A DNA stretch of 64,000 nt. Source: Piromyces finnis finn. Lineage: Eukaryota; Fungi; Neocallimastigomycota. Positions within the stretch are counted from its first letter, which is position 1. The number at the start of each line of letters is the position of its first letter. Below, in pieces: positions 58,073 to 64,000 of this stretch. Where the stretch lies: the NCBI GenBank assembly GCA_002104945.1, contig MCFH01000006.1, positions 682,001 to 746,000 of the forward strand, given 5' to 3'. The notes below the pieces were generated by a model that was not told the DNA's origin, ran no database searches, and worked only from the letters and a program-made list of their open reading frames with translations. Made by a program: the position numbers and the translations under genes.

Positions 58073-61000
58073 ATGAATTATGATAATAATGAGATATATC
58101 GTTATTCAATAACGATGTGCCCACCAGAAGAAGATAAATATTATCTTAAAGAAGAATTAGATTATTCAGAAGACAATTCAACTTCAAAAATTAAATTTAT
58201 AAAAAAAATCGAAGCAATAAATTTAATGTATGACGTTGGCAAGCAAATAGGATTGTAAGTTAATAAAAACATATATATTAAAATATGAGGATAAACCACT
58301 TTGTTTTTTTTTTAAAAAAGAAAAAAGAAAAAAGAAAAAGAAAAATGTAAAATTTAAACCTAACCTTATTTTATATATTTGTATATCAATATATAATTCA
58401 ATATTTTAAAATAGTCCTTATTATACTTTATCATCAGCGATTAATTTCTTTCACCGCTTTTATGAACAAAACCTAATAACAGATTTTCCTGATACCTGGG
58501 TATATGATTAATAAATAAATTGTTGAATAATGAAATAGGATAGAAATATATAGATAATTATGGTTTTGGTTTTTAATTGTTTGTAAAAAGAGGAAGCTTT
58601 TTTTTTCACGTAGTATTACTTAATAATAACTTTAAAAATAAGTAAATAAGTAAAAGCAAAAATAAAATGAAAATGAAAAAAAAAAAAAAAAAGTTATTTT
58701 AAATCACAAATATCTTATAAAAATAAAGATAAAAAAAAGAAAAGAAAAAAGAAAAAAAGAAAGAAAAAGAAAAAAAATAAATGAAAATAAATAAATAATA
58801 AAAATTATCAAAATTAAAAGAAAGAAAGAAAGAAAGAAAGAAGAAGAAAAAAACAATAAAACAAATATTTATAATTATATAATATATATAGTATATTTGT
58901 TTTAAAGATTAATTAAATTTATTATTTTTGTTTTGTTTTTGTTTTGTCTTTAATTTATTATTTTATGTTTAATAAATTCTTTTATTTTTAATTAATAAAA
59001 TACAACTATAAAAATAATGATAAATATATTTGTATAACAATAAATCTTTATTAGATTATTCAATGTAAATAAAAATGCTGTTAATAAAAGTGCATTATTT
59101 ATTTAATGAATACACTTAAATTTCTTTTTTATATTATTTTATAAAATTAAATTTTTTAAATAATTAAAAAAGAAATATAATAATAGCTTGAAATAAAAAT
59201 GAATATAATATGTATTGTTAATAGATAAGTCTAAAATTAATCGTATTAATAATTAATAACAATACATTTTAAAGACATTTTATAAAAGTCATTAAAATGT
59301 AAAATGTTTATTAACTTGTAAATAATAAATAATTTAAATAAAAAAAAAAAAATATATAAAATAATATTTTTTATATTTAAAAAAAAAAAAAAAAAAAGAA
59401 AGAAAGAAAGAAAGAAAGAAAAAGGGGGGAACATATTTAGAAGCTTTCCATTATTACATTATTACTCTTTAATTTCCATTCATATTAATATTAAAATATA
59501 AATATGAAATTAACTAAATTTGTTCTTTAATAAATTTTAATAATGTTCTTATAGGAAATTGGTTTAACTTGTTTATTAGTAGCATCAAAGGCAGAAGAAA
59601 CTGTAAAAAAACTTAAAGAAATTATTACAACAGCATATAGAATAAAATTTCATTTTAATGAACCCTTAACTGAAGAGATTAATCAAGTAATTATATAATA
59701 TAAATTTTAATTTAATTTTTTATAATAAATTAAACTTCATTATGATATTAAATTATTCAAAATAATGAATAAAAATAAAAATTAAATAAATAAGGATATT
59801 GATAACATCAGAAAAAGAATTGTTGGTGATACCGAATTTAATAAAAAAAAAACAAATTTAGTACCTCAACACTCAAAATTTCCTTCAATTACATATGAAA
59901 GATTGGTTCTCCAAGCTATTGGTTTTAATTTTAAAGTACAACATCCACAACCTTACATAATAAAATTTTCAAAAATGCTAAAATGTAATTATGAATACGA
60001 AGAATAATTGTTTATATAACATTTTATAATAATATACACTATAATTTAAAAAATAATCATGGCATTTTTTTTTTTTTAATATAAAATTTTATTATTTTAA
60101 AAATCAAAAAAAAAAATAAAATAAAATAAAATTAGTGAATAAGGAAGTTGCTGAAATGGCTTGGAAATTTCTAATTTCAAGGTATTTGATTAAAGTAAAA
60201 TAATAGCAATAAATAAAATAAACAAAATAATTTTTATAACTATTTATTATAAAGTAGTTGTTATGATAATAACTTTTTTATTATTATGATAAAATTTTTA
60301 GCTTTAAAATAACACTCTGTATTCAATATCCTCCAAATGTTATCGCCTTAACATGTATATTACTAACAATAAAAGTTATATCTAAAAATACTACATTTAT
60401 CAATATTGATAGTTGGGAAGAATTTTTCTTTATTAAAAAAGAGACGTTATTAAGTAAGTTGTAAAAAATTAAAATAATGAATAATAATTATTATCGCTAA
60501 AGCAAAAAAATATATATTAGTAGTATAATCATCAGAAAGACATCTATCATATACTAAAAAAAAGCAATATAAGAAAATTGAATTATTGCATCAGTATAAA
60601 ACAATACTAACCAATATTATTTTATAATGTTGTGTTATTTTATTTAAATTATATATTCTTTTATTATTAAGGTGCATTTCTCGAATTTTTAGAAAATTTA
60701 AAGCAAATGGGTGAAAATGAGCTTATAAATACAGACTTAATTAAAAAAATACATGAAGATATTCACAAACAATTTGGAGATGAATGTAAGTATTATTTAT
60801 TTATTTATTTACTTATTTATATCAACATATCTACATAAAATTAATAAAATTATATATGTTTTTTTTATATTTTATTCAATTTTAATATTATAAATTTAAT
60901 TGAATAAATTTAGTAAATAGAAAAAATAACTATAACCAAATGAACAATAATAATGATTATAATTATAGAAGATCATCCCCATATTCAAAATATGACAATA

Positions 61001-61805
61001 ATTCAAAAAAAAATAAAAGAGATTATCATGATGATTATGATGGTATTTAAAAAAAAAAAAAATTATTTTCTTTTTTCTTTTTTTTTCTTTTTTTTTTTTT
61101 TTGTATTAGCAAATAGAATTTATTTATTAAAAAAAGTATAATTAATAATTAATATAAATGATTCAATTTTGTAAATATAATAACTTTATAGATAATATTA
61201 GTAGCTATAAAAGAGGATATAGGAAAAATAGATCAAGAAGTCGAAGCTGGAGTTACAATCGTAGAGGAATGAACTCAAGAAGTAGAAGTAATTCTAGAGG
61301 TAGAAATAGAACAAGAAATAGAACAAGAAGTAGAACAAGAAGTAGAAGTAGACTAAATTATAATAATAGAAATAACAAATGTCGTAGTCATAGTCGGAGT
61401 AGAAGTAGAAGTAAAAGTCAATCAAGAAGTAATTTAAGAAATAAAACATATATAAATAACAATAACAACAGTTATTTGAATAATAATAATTCAAACAATA
61501 GCAATTCAAATAATGCTAATTCTAATAATAATAATAATAATAACTACTACGAAAGTATTGCCAATAATAACAACAATAGAAGTAGAAATAGAGAAAGGTA
61601 TGATAATAATCTAAGTAGAAGTAAAAGTAGAGGCAGAAATAGAAGTAGAAGTAGAAATAGATATAGAAGCAGAAGTAGAAGCAGATCTAGAGGAAGAAGT
61701 AAAATGAAGACTAGAAGCAGAAGTAGAAGTTGGAGTAGTGGTAGAAGTGACAGTAGAACCCCAAGAAGTCCTATTCATAAAAGTAGAAGCAGAAATAAGA
61801 AATGA
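58073..61805 (+). CDS. Transcriptional cyclin (cyclin K/L-like) with C-terminal RS domain, 9 exons
   Basis: Cyclin box SAINFFHRFY, CLLVASKAEETVKKLKEI, YERLVLQAIGFNFKVQHP, AWKFL, LCIQYPPNVIALTCI. The last exon (from 61192) is an Arg-Ser dipeptide tract of about 200 aa with Asn runs. Phases close. Confidence 0.88.
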
Positions 61806-61820
61806 ATAAGGATTAAAGGA

Positions 61821-61862
<42 letters not shown>

Positions 61863-61954
61863 AAGAATAATAATTAGAATACCTAAAAAATAATTTTACT
61901 TTAGTTGAAAAAAAATGTTAAAAATCGACTTTTAATTAATATACCCTTCAATTG

Positions 61955-61989
<35 letters not shown>

Positions 61990-62541
61990 GTTATCTATAT
62001 TATTATGAAATTATAAAAAAGTAAGAAAAAAAAAAAAAAAGTAACAATATCTATATAATTTTTATATATGTTGCCAATAATCAAACTATCATTACATTAA
62101 AATTTCATTTGAAATAAAATAATATTTATTTATATTTATAAAAATATTAAAATTATAATAAAAAAATCTATAAAAAGAAAAGAAAAAAAAAACTATATAT
62201 TCCATAAATCAAAAATATAAATATTTAATAGATGTTTTTTTATTATTTTTTGTTGTTGATTATTAAATATGTCATCACTACTATTTTTTTTTTTAAAAAA
62301 AAAAATAATAAAAAAAAAAGATATCTTTTTTTCATTTATTAAAATTAAAAAAAAAAAAAAAAAAAAGAAAATAATGTTTGTATATGGTTTCTAATATTAA
62401 ATTATTGTTATTGCTATTTATGTTACTGTTTTTTAATATATTTTAATTTAATCTATTATGGTTATAAGAAAAGGAAGGAAATAGTAATAATAATTTATTA
62501 ATTTGTATTAGTATGTTTTTTATATTTCTAAGATATCGTAC

Positions 62542-62572
<31 letters not shown>

Positions 62573-62621
62573 TAAAAATAAAAATAAAACAAATTAAGAT
62601 TGAATGAATATGGATTATGAA

Positions 62622-63909
62622 TTATATAGATTGAGTTTTCATCTTATATTCTTTCTCTAATTCTTGGCTTAATCTTATTTGTTCTTCTACAACTGCCTTT
62701 ATATTTTCATGAGTTACTAAAGGATTAGCAATAACTACACGTAATACATCAATACCTTTTTCGTAATTTGGATATTTAGTAGTTTTAACCGTTGTTTTCG
62801 ATACAAAGCCTTTACCTTCTCTTTTCTGTTTAGCTTGCAATTCAGTAGTGAAATAATCAATAACTTGATTTTCTTCATTTGTATATTGTGATGGTTCTTC
62901 TTCTACAAAAGAATTTTCTTCCTTATCTGTTAAATCGGATATATCAAAGGTTTGATCCTGAGTACTATTACTATATAAAGTTGAAACTTCCTCTATTTCT
63001 ATTGTTTTAGAATTAGGCGATACAGGATAACGTACTTCAAATTGTTCATTATCTTTACGTAGCCATGATGGAATATATCTGTAAAGGAAAATATTAGTGA
63101 TAGGCTTACTTATAATTTCGAATTGTGGGTATGATTTAACTAATTCTGCCATGTAATTGGTATTTTCTACTGCAATATCTAATAAACTACTAAGTCCACG
63201 ATGACCTAATAAGTTTAATGAAGCATGTAAATATAATACATTAGCTGGTCTAGATCCTTCAAGTGTTGTTTTACCATGATCCATAGAACCAGCTCTTATA
63301 ACATATGAAGCTACTTTTCTAATTGTGGTTGTAGGTAATAAAGGTGATTTAAACAATACTATACCACAGCCCATCGGTGTATATAATAATTTATGACCTT
63401 TTATATATATTTTTTTAATTTAGATTTAAATATTTTAATACAAATATGTATAATTTAAAAATAAATATCATTAATGATAGATTATTTTTACTAAAATTTT
63501 TCTAAATAATAAAATGTTAATAGTTACCATCAATTGTTACGGTATCTGCTAATTCTATTCCCTTTAATAAATAGCGATATTTTTCTGACATTATGAATGA
63601 ACCACCCCATGCACCATCGACATGGAATAATGCTTCATATTTCTTAGCTAAATCTGCTAAAACTTCTAAATTATCAATTGATCCACTATTAATATATTAA
63701 TATATTATTTCAAATTATATATTAATATATATTATAAATAATAATAAATAATTTAGTTTATTATTTAATAACATTATATACATTAATATTATAAAAATAA
63801 TCTTAATAATATTATTTACACTTCAGTAGTACAAGCTATACCAACAATTGCGATTACTTTTATTTTTTTTCTTTTTAATTCTTCAAGTTTTTCTATTAGT
63901 AAATCAATT
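62622..63909 (-). CDS. adcA: Group II PLP-dependent decarboxylase, PanP/AdcA-type aspartate 1-decarboxylase; 5' part lies beyond the window
   Basis: Three exons (63820-63909, 63528-63685, 62622-63398) give HVDGAWGG, KGIELADTVTIDGHKLLYTPMG (PLP lysine codon at 63390-63392), GKTTLEGSR, KQKREGKGFVSKT and VLRVVIANPL, which follow bacterial PanP as I recall it. Confidence 0.85.
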
Positions 63910-64000
63910 CTACATTGTTGTTTATAATAATATATTATATTTCAAGTTAATTATTAATTTCATTAATATATTGATGAGATTTATATTGATAAACTATTGT

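Noticed and set aside
59826-59861. Possible 36-nt GT-AG intron inside cyclin exon 4
   Set aside because: Much shorter than other introns here, in frame without a stop, and it would not remove the whole insertion.
61220-61800. AGTAGA-rich periodic sequence as a CRISPR-like or satellite array
   Set aside because: It is the Arg-Ser coding tract of the cyclin; there is no repeat-spacer structure.

Overview
Extremely AT-rich eukaryotic DNA with short AT-rich GT-AG introns, poly-Asn tracts and long microsatellites. The composition and gene content point to an anaerobic gut fungus (Neocallimastigomycota); this is inference, no taxonomic marker was checked. I built 15 protein-coding gene models by reading exons and splice phases by eye: a single-pass membrane protein, an unknown multi-exon protein, BABAM2/BRE-like, DHX40-like helicase, DUF4536 protein, UBL-BAG co-chaperone, ORMDL, MARK kinase, ankyrin protein, OSCA/TMEM63 channel, NAA38/Mak31, Stealth phosphotransferase, TM-SH3 receptor-like protein, DDP1-type Nudix hydrolase and an RS-tailed cyclin. 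The 3' part of a bacterial PanP-type aspartate decarboxylase makes a 16th. Highlights: (1) a nuclear RNase P RNA gene at ~54681-55098 that the ORF track miscalls as a peptide; it appears to lack P12 and carries a long AU-rich P3 extension; (2) a LINE copy inserted into an older copy of its own family, with a 14-bp target-site duplication and poly(A) tail; (3) an in-frame TAA that separates the SH3 domain from an otherwise intact receptor-like gene. Exon boundaries are manual and may be off by a few bases. No CRISPR array, rRNA or tRNA was seen.
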